From: Chiloscyllium plagiosum
Lineage: Eukaryota
Length of the DNA: 64,000 bases
Assembly: GCF_004010195.1 (NCBI RefSeq)
Contig: NC_057749.1
Span: 7,213,416-7,277,415, forward strand
Reading direction: 5' to 3'
Below the pieces are notes generated by a model. The model searched no databases. It was given only the letters and a program-made list of their open reading frames with translations, and had not been told where the DNA came from. Of the stretch, positions 37,051 to 50,376 are shown piece after piece. Positions within the stretch are counted from its first letter, which is position 1. Each line of letters begins with the position of its first letter. A program made the position numbers and the translations under genes.

Positions 37051-38779
37051 TGCAAAGGGGAAACTATGTAAGCAATTCCAAAAGAAAGGAATAGCAGGTA
37101 ATGCTGATAAGGTGAAAGAGATTGAGTATACTTATGGAATGTAGGCACTGGCTTGGGCTGGATGGCTAATTTCTGAGCTACCAATTACAGAATGCAAAGC
37201 AAGGAGCAACTAGAACAGCCCTGACTGAACATGATTCAATTCAACTAATACCACTCATAAGCAGATTAAAATATTTTCTAAAATTCAAATTTGAAATCCT
37301 TTCTCATCCCACTAATTGGAGTTTCTCTGTGCAGCACACTGCATTAATCACAACATAGGGCACAAACAAACACAGTGCAACAACACACAAACAAGGTTTT
37401 CACAAGCATCCTACAGCTTATTAACATCTAGTTCAAGAATAAAGAAATCACTTGTGATCACTCTACCTTAATACCATTGTGATAGTGCCAGCTAATGGAA
37501 ATATGATGCAAGTCAGAACCCGGAGAGAAACTTGGCTTGATAGATCATGCATTTTAGTGACGCCCGCAGTATTTTTTTTAGAAAGGGAGCTCAAGGGCTT
37601 TGACCCAGCAAAAGTGAAGGAACAGCAATTTGGTTCCATAACTGGATGATGAGTGGTTTAGAGAAGAGTTTGCAGGAGGGCGGTGTTCCCACATTAATGC
37701 TGCCCCTGTATGTTTAGAGGTTGTGGGTATGAGCAGTGGCTATCAGAAAAAACCTTGGCGACTTCCTGAAGTACACACTGTCCTAGATGGTGCACAATGC
37801 TGTTACTGTACATCAGAAGTGAAAGGAGTGTATGCTGAAGCTGGTGAACAGGGTGCCAATCAAACAGGATGTTGTATTCTGGATGGTGTCTAACTTCTGA
37901 TGTTGTATGGACTGATGGTAATAATTGATAAGTCCAATTGCAGAGTGTAACTGGCTTGATAGACCACAAGTTTTATTTTTACAATTTGGTTACCACGGTC
38001 GTCAATGGTTGAACATTTTCACATCAGATTGTCAATATACTTTTAATAAAAGGACATAAATTCATTACAAAAAATGAAAACATATGAAGCTATAAAATAT
38101 AAAATATTTAAATTATATACAATATATAAAAACAGATCATCGGGGAACAAAATCTTTACTCTTTTCCCTAGCAACATCCTTTACAGATGCTTAAACCTGA
38201 CGAATTATCAATATTTCCTTCATTTAAAATTTCTTGCCAAATTGACAAGGTCAGAAATTTTCTACACATTCACCAGATATGGTCTTTTTTCAAGAACTAT
38301 CTCTGCCATGCCTTAAAAACAAAGACCCACCGAGGCTAACCCACTGGCATTTGTCACTGAACCTTCAGAAGTAAACTCAAACTGGAGTGACTTTTAAGCT
38401 GCTACTCAATATTTCTGCTGGTGTGAATCACTTAATCTAAAGTGCAACCCACTTCAGGCCCTTGGTCCCTGGTTAATCTCTCAACAGGAGATGCGTTGTG
38501 TTACTTTGATAAATCACATAATTTCTTGGAAAAACTTCCAAGTAACTTTCTGACTCTTCCTTAAAACAAAAGTCAGACCTTCTCAGCATGGAAATCCAAA
38601 ACACATTTACCTTTAATTTGAAATCCAAACTCCCAAATAATATTATGAATCTTCATTAGACACCTAACCAGGCAACAGACCCTACTTTGTGCTTTGTGGA
38701 TTGTGCATAAGGTATAGAGAGGCAGGAGAGCCATAGATTTCTCAGCTTGTGATCTGCTTGTGTAGCCACACTAGTTATA

Positions 38780-40260
38780 TACCTTAATCCAGTTCAGCTA
38801 CTGGGAATACCCAATATGTTGACAGTGGGCAGTTTAGTGATAGAAATGGCACTGAATATGAAGAGGCAATATCCAGATTATCTCTTATTGGAAGTGGTAA
38901 CTGTGGTACAAATGTTACTTCAGAACAAGCTTGGATAATGTCCAGGTCTTGCTGCCTTTCGACACGGATTTTTTTCAGTATCTGTGCAGTTATGAATGGT
39001 GCTGGATGTTGTGCAATTATCAGCAAAGATCCCACTTCTGACCTTATGATGAAAGGGAGAGCATTGATGAAGTAGCTGAAGATGTCTGGGTCTAAGACAC
39101 TATCTTGAGGAACCTGCAGTGAGCTGAACTAACTAACATCCAATGACCATAACTACTTTCCATTAGGCCAGGTATGATTCCAAACAGTAGAGATTTTCCC
39201 TCAACTCCAGTTTTGTTTGGTCTTCTTGCAGCCAAACTTGGTTAAAAGCTGTCTTGATATCTTGGGCAGTCATTCTCACTTCTCTGGGACTCGGCTTTTT
39301 GTCCATGTTTGGACTAAGGACATAATGAGACCAGGAGCTGAGTGGTCCTGAGCCACTGAGCTGCCTCACAGTATTGTCAATGATGAAAAGTCAGCCCTGT
39401 AAATACAATGGACAGAATTGCTGATACACAGCTCCTCCAATCGCAGGTTCTTCTTTCCCACGTCAGCTGATCGCCTCATAGTGAGTCTTCCAGCAGCAAA
39501 TCTTGGAGCAGAGTCTGTGACTGGAGAATCAGTGAGCCGGAGAGTGCTGACAGGGTCTGACACTACCAGAAGTGAGGTTCGAGGAGATGGATGAGGAAAG
39601 GACTTTGCTTCAACATTGAGTGTGTGGAAGTCACTCCAATTGACACTGTTATCAACAGGTGCATCTGCGATTAGTGGATAATGTCCATTATGCTTTTCCG
39701 TCTTGTTGGTTCCCTCACTCATTGACACAGACCCAGTCGAGTAGTTACATCCTTTTAAGGTTCAGCCTTTGATTGGTAATGATGCTACCACACCAGTCTC
39801 GGTGGTGGTTGCTGAAGTCTCCCAATCAATAGTGCATTCTGCACCCTTTCCTCCCTTAGTGCCTTTTCCAAATGTATTCAACATGCAGGTACGCTAATTC
39901 ACCAGCTGGAGGTGGGGCGAGGAGCAACTGAAAGTTGGCATGGTGGGTGGTAATCAGGAGGAGCTTTCCTTGCCCGAACATGAGCTGATGCCATGACATT
40001 TTATGGGGTGTGAAATCAATGTTGAGGATTTGCAGGGTAATACTCTCCCAATGACTGCTGCTGAGACAGTACACACCTAGGGCTGGTGATGGGGCTGTCA
40101 GGAATGTTGCGTACAAGGTATGATTTTGAGAGTATAATTGTGACAGGCTGTTATTTGACTAGCCTGGGACAGCTCTCCCAATTTTGGCACAAGATGTTAG
40201 CAAGGAGGACTTTGTAGGATTGGGTTAACCTTTGTTGATGCTAGCAAGCCTTATCCCTTT
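38780..40260 (-). mobile_element. Degenerate CR1/L2-group LINE, endonuclease-to-linker region of ORF2
   Basis: Frameshifted remnants reading ..VGDF..HH....GSITNQ.., EGT..., DA.V.NS...SD.H, typical of LINE AP endonucleases. Confidence 0.6.
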
Positions 40261-41020
40261 TTATTGACTTTGAAGCACTTTGAAACCACTGAGTAGCTTG
40301 CTGGACCCTTTCACAGGGCAGTTAAGTATGTGGGACCTGGAGTTACATGGAGGCCAACCCAGTAAAATGGCAGATTTCCTCCTGACAGGGGCATTAGTGA
40401 ACCCAACTGGTTTTCAGGACAATTGGTAATGATTCCATGGCCACCATTTCAGCTCACATTTTAATCCAGATTTTAATGAATTCAAATTTCACAAGCTGCC
40501 ATTTGAACCTATTCCCCACTGGGCTCTGGATTACCGGTCAAGTGTCATCACCATTGTTTCTCCAAATATGTAATCTTTTTTATTCTGACCAAGTCAAAAA
40601 AAAAACAAAATCTCTCAATAAATTCCAAAAACCTGTTGAAAAATAGGAGTAAACTCAAATTCAGCACACAAATCCAATAAGATTAATCAGGTCAAATTTG
40701 CTATGATTACAATACATTCATTTTCAATAAGAGAAGCTAGTATCAGATAATTGTGTGCCCATTGATCCTCTGTTTTTCTCAAGACAGTTGGCAGTTGAAG
40801 TAACTGAGAACTAATCCATTCAAAGTGACGCACAGGTTGTGCTGGCTGGGTAGCTGGTTTATAATACAGAGTAATGCCAACAAAGCAGATTCAGTTTCTC
40901 AGCTGAGGTCACACAAAAACCTCATCTTCTCAACTTTGCCCATCGCCTGAGGCATAGTGACCCTCAGAATAACCTCACTACCAATCCTCCCTCCCTCCCC
41001 CTCTCTCTCTCTCACACCTC

Positions 41021-41616
41021 TGTAGTGATTGGAACCAGGGCCAGGTGATCTCAGTGACTGTAAGATCCTTGATTGGGGTTGTTAACCTGGTTCAATCAGG
41101 GAGCCCTGGCTAACAGATATGAACAGGATATTAAAACTCTGGAGTTGTTCAGGGAGAGGTGGGTGCCGCAGGGAGTGGAGTGCATTATTTCCCCCTCCAA
41201 CTCTATTTTGATTTAATCCCTGTCCTCCCCTTCACTGTTTGATCACACAGCATTTGATGTGAAGGGCACTGCTTGTCACTGGCCACTCGGGTGTTTTCTT
41301 TCTTCGTGGTGGTGGAAATTTGAATAAAGATTTGTGTACCTTGTGTCTTTCACTTTGTCTCACACCTGCACACACACACAAAAAAAATGAACAGGATATT
41401 TACCACAGTGAAACGGTAGTGTGGAAAAAAAAAACAGGAATGTCAAAAGAAGAGATATAAGAGAAATAAAAAAAGTTTTAAAAAAAAACAGATTATTCAG
41501 AAGGTCTCCTTAGTCTCGGGACTGGCTTTGAACTAGCTGCTCAGAGTCCATGCACTATGCACATTAAATAAAGGGTGACTTATTGATGGGATGCCAGCCT
41601 TTGTGCTGTTATTTCA
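41021..41616 (+). mobile_element. Gypsy-type solo LTR with nested insertions
   Basis: TGTAGTG...ATTTCA termini; AATAAA at ~41567; lies in a CT tract, so TSD is ambiguous. Confidence 0.7.
41133..41386 (+). mobile_element. Tx1-like non-LTR retrotransposon 3' end
   Basis: ORF end TLELFRERWVPQGVECIISPSNSILI* (41136-41216), AATAAA, A tail, exact TSD atgaacaggatatt (41119-41132, 41387-41400). Confidence 0.75.
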
Positions 41617-42570
41617 CTCTCTCTCTGTGTAACAAGAGAGCAACTTATGGTCCTCTGGGACCATGATTTTACATAAGTGTTTCATTATTACAAAGGAACA
41701 CTCATCCCTTAATGGTCAGCTCCGCTATTTATTCTGATCACTGTTTATCTGCAACTTGACCCCACTGACTCGACTTGGTTCCATAACTCTTCACGGCCTT
41801 CCCTGGCAAAAACAATCCATTAATCTCCATTTTTGATGGAGGAAATGGACTAAAACATTTCCTGAGAACTGCAAGTGCACACACACATGACATTTGAAGT
41901 GGATGAAGGCTTGGGAATGATGGAACGCAAGGCAGAATTCTGCTTTTCAGTGCTTTGCCTCCCTACAGTCAATGAGCTGCAGTTGCAGAGGACAGAAAGT
42001 GGTTTCAAATAAACAATATGCGACACGCCATAAAGTAACATGCCAGAAGCACTGTGTTGTGTGAGTTGTATTGGGGCTCAGGACAAATGAGTTCACAGTG
42101 TTGGGAGCATGTTCTCTGTCACCATCAAAGCTGACAAAGGGTATTAAAGAAAGGAAACAATTTCAGGTCTCGCCGATGCACGAATTGGTTGACAGGATCG
42201 ATGGATGGCATGAACTTGATTTCTTTTATTCTTGCGACACATCTATTTTTGCCCTTCTGTTTTTGCCCTACTATCACCACTCCATTCTGTGAAGATGTTC
42301 TTGCACTGCCAAAGAAGGCGAAAGCCATGGTTCTTTAATCCGACTCAGTCAAAAGTCACTCCCATTGCAGTGACACTGAAACCCATTGCAATTGTTCTGT
42401 TGTTTCAAAGTTCCCGTAGACCCAGGGTCAGAACGCAGCAAATTGAAACAGTTACACTTGCCCAGGAGACCAGAAAGCCAGGATATCGATTATAAAAACT
42501 GCTGCTAATAAATCAAGAAAGGAACTTGGGAACACCATCTTCACCCAGAGAACTGCAGAATGAAGAGGTT

Positions 42571-42667
42571 AGGTAAAAATGATGACGGGCTTTTGCCCGA
42601 AACATCGATTTTCCTGCTCCACGGAAGCTGCCTGACCTGCTGTGCTTTTCCAGCAACACTGTTATCT
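42571..42667 (+). mobile_element. Short PLE terminal fragment
   Basis: tgatgacgggcttttgcccgaaacatc hammerhead remnant; exact TSD agaatgaagaggtt. Confidence 0.85.
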
Positions 42668-42684
42668 AGAATGAAGAGGTTGCA

Positions 42685-43172
42685 GAGTCATAGAGATGTA
42701 CAGCATGGAAACAGATGCTTCTGTCCAAATGGTGAATGCCAACCAGATATCCCAAATTAATCTAGTCCCTCTTGCCAGCATTTGGCCCATATCCTTCTAA
42801 ACCCTTCTTATTCATGTACTCATCCAGATGCCATTTAAATGCTGTAGCTGTACCAGCCTCCACCACTTCCTCTGGCAGCTCATACCACACATGCACCACT
42901 CTCTGCGTGGAAAAAATGTCCCTCATGTCCCTTTAAATCTGTCTCCTCTCACATTAAACCTATGCCCCTGAGTTGTGTATTCCCCTGCCCTGAAGAAGAG
43001 AGCTTGGCTGTTTATCCTATCATGATTTTATAAACCTCTATAATAAGGTCACCTCTCAGCCTCGGACGCTCCAGGGAAAATAACCCCAGCCTATTCAGCC
43101 TCTCCCGATGGCTCAAACCCTCTAACTCCAGCAACACTCTTGTAAATTTTTTCTGAGCCCTTTCAAGTTGCA
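42685..43172 (-). mobile_element. CR1 LINE 3' fragment
   Basis: Minus peptide LERAQKKFTRVLLELEGLSHRERLNRLGLFSLE. Confidence 0.9.
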
Positions 43173-43484
43173 CGTTGTCATTACTACAAGTATTCAATGT
43201 GAATGGCATGGATGGGTTTAAGGGAAAGTTAGATAAATACAAGGGAAAAATAGTGAAACTGATTGGTGAGACGAAGTATGTTGGCATGTTATATTGGTGG
43301 TCCTCAAAGTCCATCATTGATTTGTTGGGCAATGACCCAACTGGAATCTAATTACTATGTAATCCTCCATTATTTCCATTGATAGGGCAAATTTCATGGC
43401 TTCACAGGGGAAGAATCAGAAGATGAGTTAGGAAAGGGGAGTTAAGAAAAGGCTTAGTTGTAGAAGTGAGGATGTTTTCAAGGA

Positions 43485-44266
43485 AAATGTATTGCATTTT
43501 GGTACAACAAACAAGGTTAGGGCTTTTCCAATTAATGGGAGGGCCTTGCGCAGTGTTGTAAAACAGAGGGATCTAGGGGTGTAGGAGGTACATGATTCTT
43601 TAAAGTTTGCACCAAATATAGACAACATGGTTAAAAAAGCATTTGCCACACTTGCCTTTACTCAGTCCTTTGAGTATAGGAATTGGGACGCCATGTTGAG
43701 GTTGCACAAGACAGCCATGTGGCATCTTCTGGAATATTGTGTCCAGTTCTGGTCACCCAGTTATAGGAAGTATGTTATTAAGCTGGAGAGGATTCAGAAG
43801 AGGATAGTGCCAGGTATGGAATCTTTGAGGTCCAAAGAAAGGTTGGATAGTCTGGGATGTTTTTCACTGGAGCGCAGGAGGTTGAGAAGTGACCTGATCA
43901 ATGTTTATAAAATTGTGAAAGGTATAGATAGGGTTGATGTTAGTTGTCTGTTCCATAATGTGGGGAATTTCAAGAGTAGTGGGCACATTTCTAAGGTGAG
44001 AGGAAGAGATTTAAATACAATATAAGAGGCAATTCTTTTAATATAGCAGATAGTTTGCGTATGGAATGAACTTTCTGCGCAACTGTGGATATGGGTACTT
44101 TTGCAATGTTTAAAAGACATTTAGATGGATATATGAAAGGGAATGTTTGGGAGGAATTTGGGCCTGTAGCAGGCAGGTGGGACTAGTTTAGTTTGAGATT
44201 ACGGTCAGCGTGGACTAGTTGTACCGAAGGGTCTGCTTCCATGCTGCATGACTCTATGACTCTATG
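43485..44266 (+). mobile_element. CR1 LINE 3' fragment
   Basis: LLEYCVQFWSPSYRKYVIKLERIQKR; (atgactct)n tail. Confidence 0.9.
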
Positions 44267-44309
44267 ACCAATTGGGATGCTGCCCTTGCAAACAGGCAAG
44301 AGTCTAAAC

Positions 44310-44825
44310 CCTGCCCACCATCTGCAAGGCACAAATCAGGAGTGGTATGGAATACTCCCTACCTGCTTGGATGAGTGCAGCCCCAGCCACACTCAAGAAG
44401 CTCAACACCATCCAGGATGAAGCAGCCCATTTGATTGATACCACATCCACTCCCTCCGCCAATGATGTTCAGCAGCACCAGTGTGTCCAACTCACATGAT
44501 GCACTGCAGAAATTCACAAAAAGCCCTTTGAGAGTAGCTTCCAAACCCACAACCACTACAATCGAGAAGGAGAAGCAAATAAACAAGAACAAGATCACCT
44601 GCAAGTTCCCCTCCAGGGCACTCACCATACTGACTTGGAAATTTCCCACTGTTCCTTCAGGGGTGCTGGATCAAAATCCTGGAATTCTGTCCCTAACAGC
44701 ATTGTGGGTAAACCACAGGGACTGCAACGAGATTATGAATGCAGCTCACCACCACCTTCTCAAGGGTATCTAAGGGCAGGCAATAAATGTTGGCCCAGCC
44801 AGTGACATCCACAGGGAATAAAAAA
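44310..44825 (+). mobile_element. CR1/L2-group LINE 3' fragment
   Basis: TICKAQIRSGMEYSLPAWMSAAPATLKKLNTIQDEAA; tail caataaatgttggcccagccag. Confidence 0.8.
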
Positions 44826-45239
44826 ACCAATTGAGACCTTACTAGTCTGTGCAACTAGTGCACTGTGTGAAACTATTGACTGGGGCAATTAAAAGATCTC
44901 CAAGTAAAAATTTGCCTGCAACCTTTATCATTTTAATTAGTCACCTCTCCTGCGGCACAGGAAGAACATGTTCGGAAGAACTGTGGGACATGATTTACAT
45001 CTCACTACATGGCAATAACGATAGCATGCAATGCAATCGCTTGCATTAGACCAGCTCACCCATTCAATTTAAATCCTATCTCGCAGCTTCTCATCCTGCC
45101 TCCTCGACTTTATTTATCTCACACACGTCTTTGTGCAGTCACAGAATTTTATAGCACAGATGCAAAACAATTTGTCATCCCAAACCTCTCCCCTCAGCCC
45201 ACATACCCTCACAATCATGTCAATCATTGGTAATCACAA

Positions 45240-45870
45240 GATGTTGTTACAAAGGCATTTAGCACACTTGCCTTCATTGCTCAGACCTTTGAGTATAAGA
45301 GTTGGGATGTCATGTTGAGGTGGTGCAGGACATTGGTAAGGCCTCTTCTAGAATAATGTGTCCAGTTCTGTTTCAGGGAGGATGTCATGAAGCTGGAAAG
45401 GATACAGGAAAGATTTACAGGATGTTGCCAGGAATGGAGGATTTTAGTTATAAAGGAGAAGCTGTTTAGGCAGGGATATTTTCCACTGGAGCGTTGGCTG
45501 TTGAGGGGTGACCTTATAGAGGATTATAAAATCATGAGGGGCATAGATAAGGTGAATAGCAAGTGTCTTTTCCTTAGGGTGAGGGATTTCATGTTTAGGA
45601 GGCAAATGTTTAAGGTGAGAGGAGAAAGATTTAAAAAGGACATCACTTTTTTACTCAGGGCATGGTTCTTGTGTGGAATGAACTTCCAGAGGAAGTGATG
45701 GACGCAGGTACAGTTACAACATTTAAAAGACATTTGGGTAGGTGTTTGAATAAGAAATGTTTGGAGGGATATGGGACAAGCACAAGGTAGATGGGACTAA
45801 TTTAGTTTGGGATTATGATCGGCATGGTCTGGTTGGATCGAAGGGTCTATTTCCATGCTTTCTGACTCTT
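45240..45870 (+). mobile_element. CR1 LINE 3' fragment
   Basis: KLERIQERFTG...LRGDLIEDYKIMRGIDKV. Confidence 0.9.
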
Positions 45871-47416
45871 TAATCATTTGTTAATAGCATAGAAGGAGGC
45901 CATTCAGCCCACTGCATCTTTACTGGTTCTCTGCAAGAGCACTTAACCAAGTGACACTCCCCTTCCTTTTCCCTGTCAGCCTGAACATTTTTCCTTTTTA
46001 GATAATGATCTAATTTGCATTTGGATGCCTCAATTGGACCACACTCTCAGGCAGCACATTCCAGACCTTAACCACTCGCTACGTTATAAGAAAGGGCTTT
46101 CCTTTGTTCACCATTTCGCCAACCGCTTTAAATCAATGCCCTCTTATTTTTGATTCTCCCAACAATGAGAATAATTTCTCCCTATCTACTCTGTTAGGAC
46201 AGGTCATCATTTTAAAAACCTCACTCAAACCTTTTTTCCTCCAATTAAGCTGTCCCAAACTCTCCAAGTTACCTACACAATGGATGTTACTCATCCTTTT
46301 TGATTTTTAAAAATGTATTTGTTGATGGGATGTTTCTCTTGCTGGCTTGGCTCGCATTTGTTGCCCACTCGTAGAATTTTCTGCATCTTTCTAATGTGTC
46401 TTTGCATCTTTGCTAAACTGTGGACAAAATTCTCCAGCTGTGACTGAATCAGTGGTCTATACTTATTAGTAATAATGAATATTTAACAAGTAATTAATGC
46501 ATTGCCAGCCTAAATCATATCCCACTGCTCCTTGCCACGAGTCCTTAACTTAAATTATATCCCACTGCGTGTATACTGTACCCTGTTTAAATAGGCAACA
46601 ATCCGTCAGCATACACCATCCCCTTAAACTAAATCCAACAGCTCTTGATCAAGTACTGACCACTTGCACACACATCATTTTTAACATGTACTCAATCTTG
46701 GAATTCAGTTTTGGAGTGCTTAGATTGTGCAGAAACCCATTTCTTTTCATCAGAACAGTCAATCTTGGAATCAAATGAATTAGTCCAATAAACACTGACA
46801 TTCAAGAGTTGCAGAGAAATGGCAAACAACCAAACAATACAGGCACAAGCTAATTGGCACTAACGATTGTGTTAGCAGTGCAGAAGTGCCATTATTCAGT
46901 TTGTTTCACTGGAATATGTCAAGCTCTTCTGCTGACGGTTTCGGTCACAATGGCGTGATATAAGACGCAGCTCAAAAGGTTTCTTTCTTCCTCCAGCAGC
47001 TTAGAGATGCGAATTAGCTGCTCTACAGTGTGCTTTTTCTGGATTTCCAACCTTTTGAATGCACTGTCACCTTATTTTTCCTGGGGATTTTGTGGATTTA
47101 CCGAAGAGGCAAGTATATAAAACAAAGGGCTCGAGCGGGATGATTTCGAGGAAATGTTTCCATTGTACTCCCCTACCCTCCATTCTGACCCCATAAACCT
47201 TCATTAAAAAACAGGAATGCTTGTGAAAATTCCCTGTGCAGCATTGTGATCGTCAATGCTGAATACTCACTGATTAGACTGCTAAAGGTTCTGACACTAC
47301 CCCTATTCACTGTGCTATTAAACTTGTAGGATTCTAATATCATCTAATAAACATCATGAGATGGTACAGATTTAAGGTGAGAACCAAAGCAGCAAGAGTA
47401 AATTCTTTATTACATA

Positions 47417-47796
47417 GGTTGAGAGGTGACCTTATAGAGGTTTTTAAAATCATGAGAGGTATAGATAAGGTGAATAGCAAATGTCTTTTTTCCTGGGGCA
47501 GGGGATTTTAAGACTAGGGGGCATTATTTTTAAGGTGAGAGGAGAAGGATTTTAAAAAGACATAAGGGACAACGTTTTACACAGAGAGTGGTTCATGTGT
47601 GGAATGAACCTCCAAAGGAAGTGGTGGAGGCAGGTACAGATACAATATTTTCAAGACACTTGGATAAGTACATGAGTAAGAAATGTTTGGAGGGATATGG
47701 GCCAAGTGCTGGCAGGTGGGGCTAGTTCAATTTGAGATTATGGTTAGCATGGACTGGTTAGACCAAAGGGTCTGTTTCCGTGCTGTATGACTCTAT
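47417..47796 (+). mobile_element. CR1 LINE 3' end
   Basis: LRGDLIEVFKIMRGIDKV and 3' UTR. Confidence 0.9.
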
Positions 47797-47858
47797 GGGT
47801 GGTTAAGATTTGAAAGTTGCTGCCTGATAGGTTGGTGAACACTGTTTTGGTGACCGTT

Positions 47859-47958
47859 CTGAGGTAAGGTCACTGGACCTGAAACCCTGAGTCTGATTTC
47901 TCTCCACAGATACTGCCAGACCTCCTGAGTTTTGCCAGCAATTTTGGTTTTTGTTACA
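47859..47958 (+). mobile_element. Short PLE terminal fragment
   Basis: Starts at CTGAGG; TSD gttttggtgaccgtt/gttttggtgacggtt. Confidence 0.8.
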
Positions 47959-48176
47959 GTTTTGGTGACGGTTTTCAAAAAGGAATTAGGTAAATAATAA
48001 AGAAAAAGTCATTACTGACAAGAGACAAAACACTGGGGGGTGGAGGGTAACTGGATTGCTCTTCAACTGAGCTAGTACAGTGTCAATGGCATCCTGGCAT
48101 CCTTCTGTGCTGTACTACCTGCAACAGCTGAGGTAAGCATGAATGTCTCTCCTTCTCAACATCACCTGGGGTGTGG

Positions 48177-48797
48177 TGTGACGATGCTTCCCCTTTAACA
48201 AGGTTATGTTGTCCTTGTTTATTTTTCAAGAAGGGTTGTAAAGGCAAAGGTACTGATATGTCTGGAAATTTCTACTTGAAAAGGCTTTTAAGTATTTTTT
48301 TAAAATAAAACATTTGTACAATAAAAGTGGCCAATTCTCCCAGTTGAGGATTGTTTTTCTGGTTTGGTTTTAGCAAGCAGTCTGTTTTGAAATTGCAGGT
48401 CAAAGAAAGCTGCTGGGGGAGAAGGTTCCTCAATTCAACAGAGGTTTTCTGGCTGACTCTCTCTCTCTCTCTCTCTGACATCTATCTCCTGTGAGAACCT
48501 ATGTTTGAATTGACCTTTTTGCCAAAGGGGTGTTATCAGATGTTGCAGGAAATCGGAACAGCTCTTTGTTAAGCTGCGCTTTCGTGTTGGTTGGGTTTTC
48601 AAATAGTTATGTTATTCTAAATTTGATTTTCTTTTGTCTGTGTGTAAATATATTTTGTTTAGTTTAAAATTGAGTGGTTTCACCAGCTATGTCCCTCCTG
48701 AAATATTCACCTTATATCTGCTTAGAACAATGAGCAAAGTTAGGGTCTGGGCTACCTTCTTGGAATGTTTTGAGGGATTTTGGCCTGGTCCATAACA
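48177..48797 (+). mobile_element. Gypsy-type solo LTR (621 bp) inserted in a family B SINE
   Basis: TGTGAC...ATAACA termini with exact 4-bp TSD GTGG; SINE sequence continues on both sides. Confidence 0.85.
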
Positions 48798-49905
48798 GTG
48801 GTGACCATTAGGTTTAACCACCATCAGTTGTCTCTTTCTAATGAAAGAGTAGCTTTACGGTCCACTAAAACGATACGTACTTTGATATGTGGCAAATCTT
48901 GAGTTCATGGACAACAGGACTGCTAAGTGAACACAGAAACACTTATTCTGACTGCTGAGGAGCTGCTGATTCATACGAACACAGGAGGGTTCTTGTATCA
49001 CAGTGGTAGTGTCCCTACCTCTGAGCTGGAAGGCTTAGGTTCAAGACCCACCTGCTCCAGAGGTGTGTCTGAACACGTAGATTAGAACACACCAACACAA
49101 GTGTAGTAGACATTTTAATCTGAAGCTAGATTTTCTTAATCAATTATGATACACCTCTAGGTTGGGACTTGAATACAAAGGTTAGGGACACTACCACAGC
49201 AGTGCACGTGCCTCATTTGGAAGCTACAGATAACAGGTTGATACTCACGTACTGCCATGGAAATCTAAATGTGTATATAATGCTATTTCTATTAAAGAGA
49301 ACCTCAGTTCTCAAAAGAACAAGAAAACCTTGATTGATTTTTGATCCAATACCAAGACCTTAAGAGAATTTTCATCTTATCAGATATGTTACAATAACTC
49401 GCGGCATGATACAGAATTGGCGAGGGACAGGTTTCATCACCTCACCACTTGACCCTGCCTGAATGTGAAAACGAAGTGGAAAACACTAGTACACAGGAGT
49501 GAGGACTGGGACAAGCTCCTACTCTGTGAAAGTGAAGTCATACCCAGGGGCTAGTCAGGTTTGGCAAGGGCCAAAGAACCTGGTCAGCAGGCTTTGGGAC
49601 CTTGATATGTGGGTCAATTGGGGTCAGAAATCCACGCTTTGAGGGAAATGGTCTCCCATCATTGCTTTGCACCAAATTGACCAATATGAGGTTAGAGGGG
49701 TTGCCCCTAAAGCTGGAGGGTCAATGAGGAGGCATTGAAGAAGCAACTTCATTACCTTTTCCGTTAAGTAAGGGAGAGCATGCCTCTAGATGGAGGCAAC
49801 AATTCTCCAACCTGTTGGAATTTTACAAAATCATAGAATGTGACAGTGCCTGCATGGGTTCTGTTACCTAGCGCCTATCTCTTGCCTTTTCCCCGAGTCC
49901 CTGTA

Positions 49906-50079
49906 CAGAGAAACCTCAATTATCCGGCGTTTGATTATCCGAATATCGGATTATCCGGCATGGTCGCAAGGTCCTGATGCTCAGCTAAACTATGTTATCT
50001 GGCATTCGATTATCCAGAATTCGATGAACCGAACAAAATACTGCCCACCTGTAACATTTGGATAATCGAGGTTCCTCTG
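49906..50079. mobile_element. Tigger/pogo-like MITE
   Basis: TA-CAGAGAAACCTCAATTATCC...GGATAATCGAGGTTCCTCTG-TA; internal (cgattatcc) repeats. Confidence 0.9.
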
Positions 50080-50255
50080 TACATCTCATCCCACACCCTC
50101 TAGAATGCCTCAGTTAAGCCTGCCTCTGCCACATTTCCAGGCAGTGAATTCCACACCCTAACCACTTACTGCACGAAGGAAAATCAAATAGTGGCCACAT
50201 CACCATGATGGAGAGGGAGATCCCTCCAGAAGGTGGTGCAAGACTGAGGGAAGAC

Positions 50256-50376
50256 ATGATGTGGAGATGCCAGTGTTGGACTGGGGTGGACAAAATCAGA
50301 AGTGACGCAACACCAGCTTTTAGTCCAACAGGCTTAGTTGAAATCACAAGCTTTCAGAGCACTGCTCCTTTATCAT
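50256..50376 (-). mobile_element. PLE terminal fragment
   Basis: atgatgtggagatgccagtgttggactggggtggacaaa... ending in the reverse hammerhead motif. Confidence 0.75.

Larger units (their letters stand above)
40835..41670 (+). mobile_element. Family B SINE split by a solo LTR
   Basis: 5' part 40835-41020, 3' part 41617-41670 (gagagcaacttatggtcctctgggaccatg). Confidence 0.65.

Noticed and set aside
39366..39728. 120-aa minus-strand ORF that looks protein-like
   Set aside because: Lies in a frameshifted LINE endonuclease remnant; not a host exon
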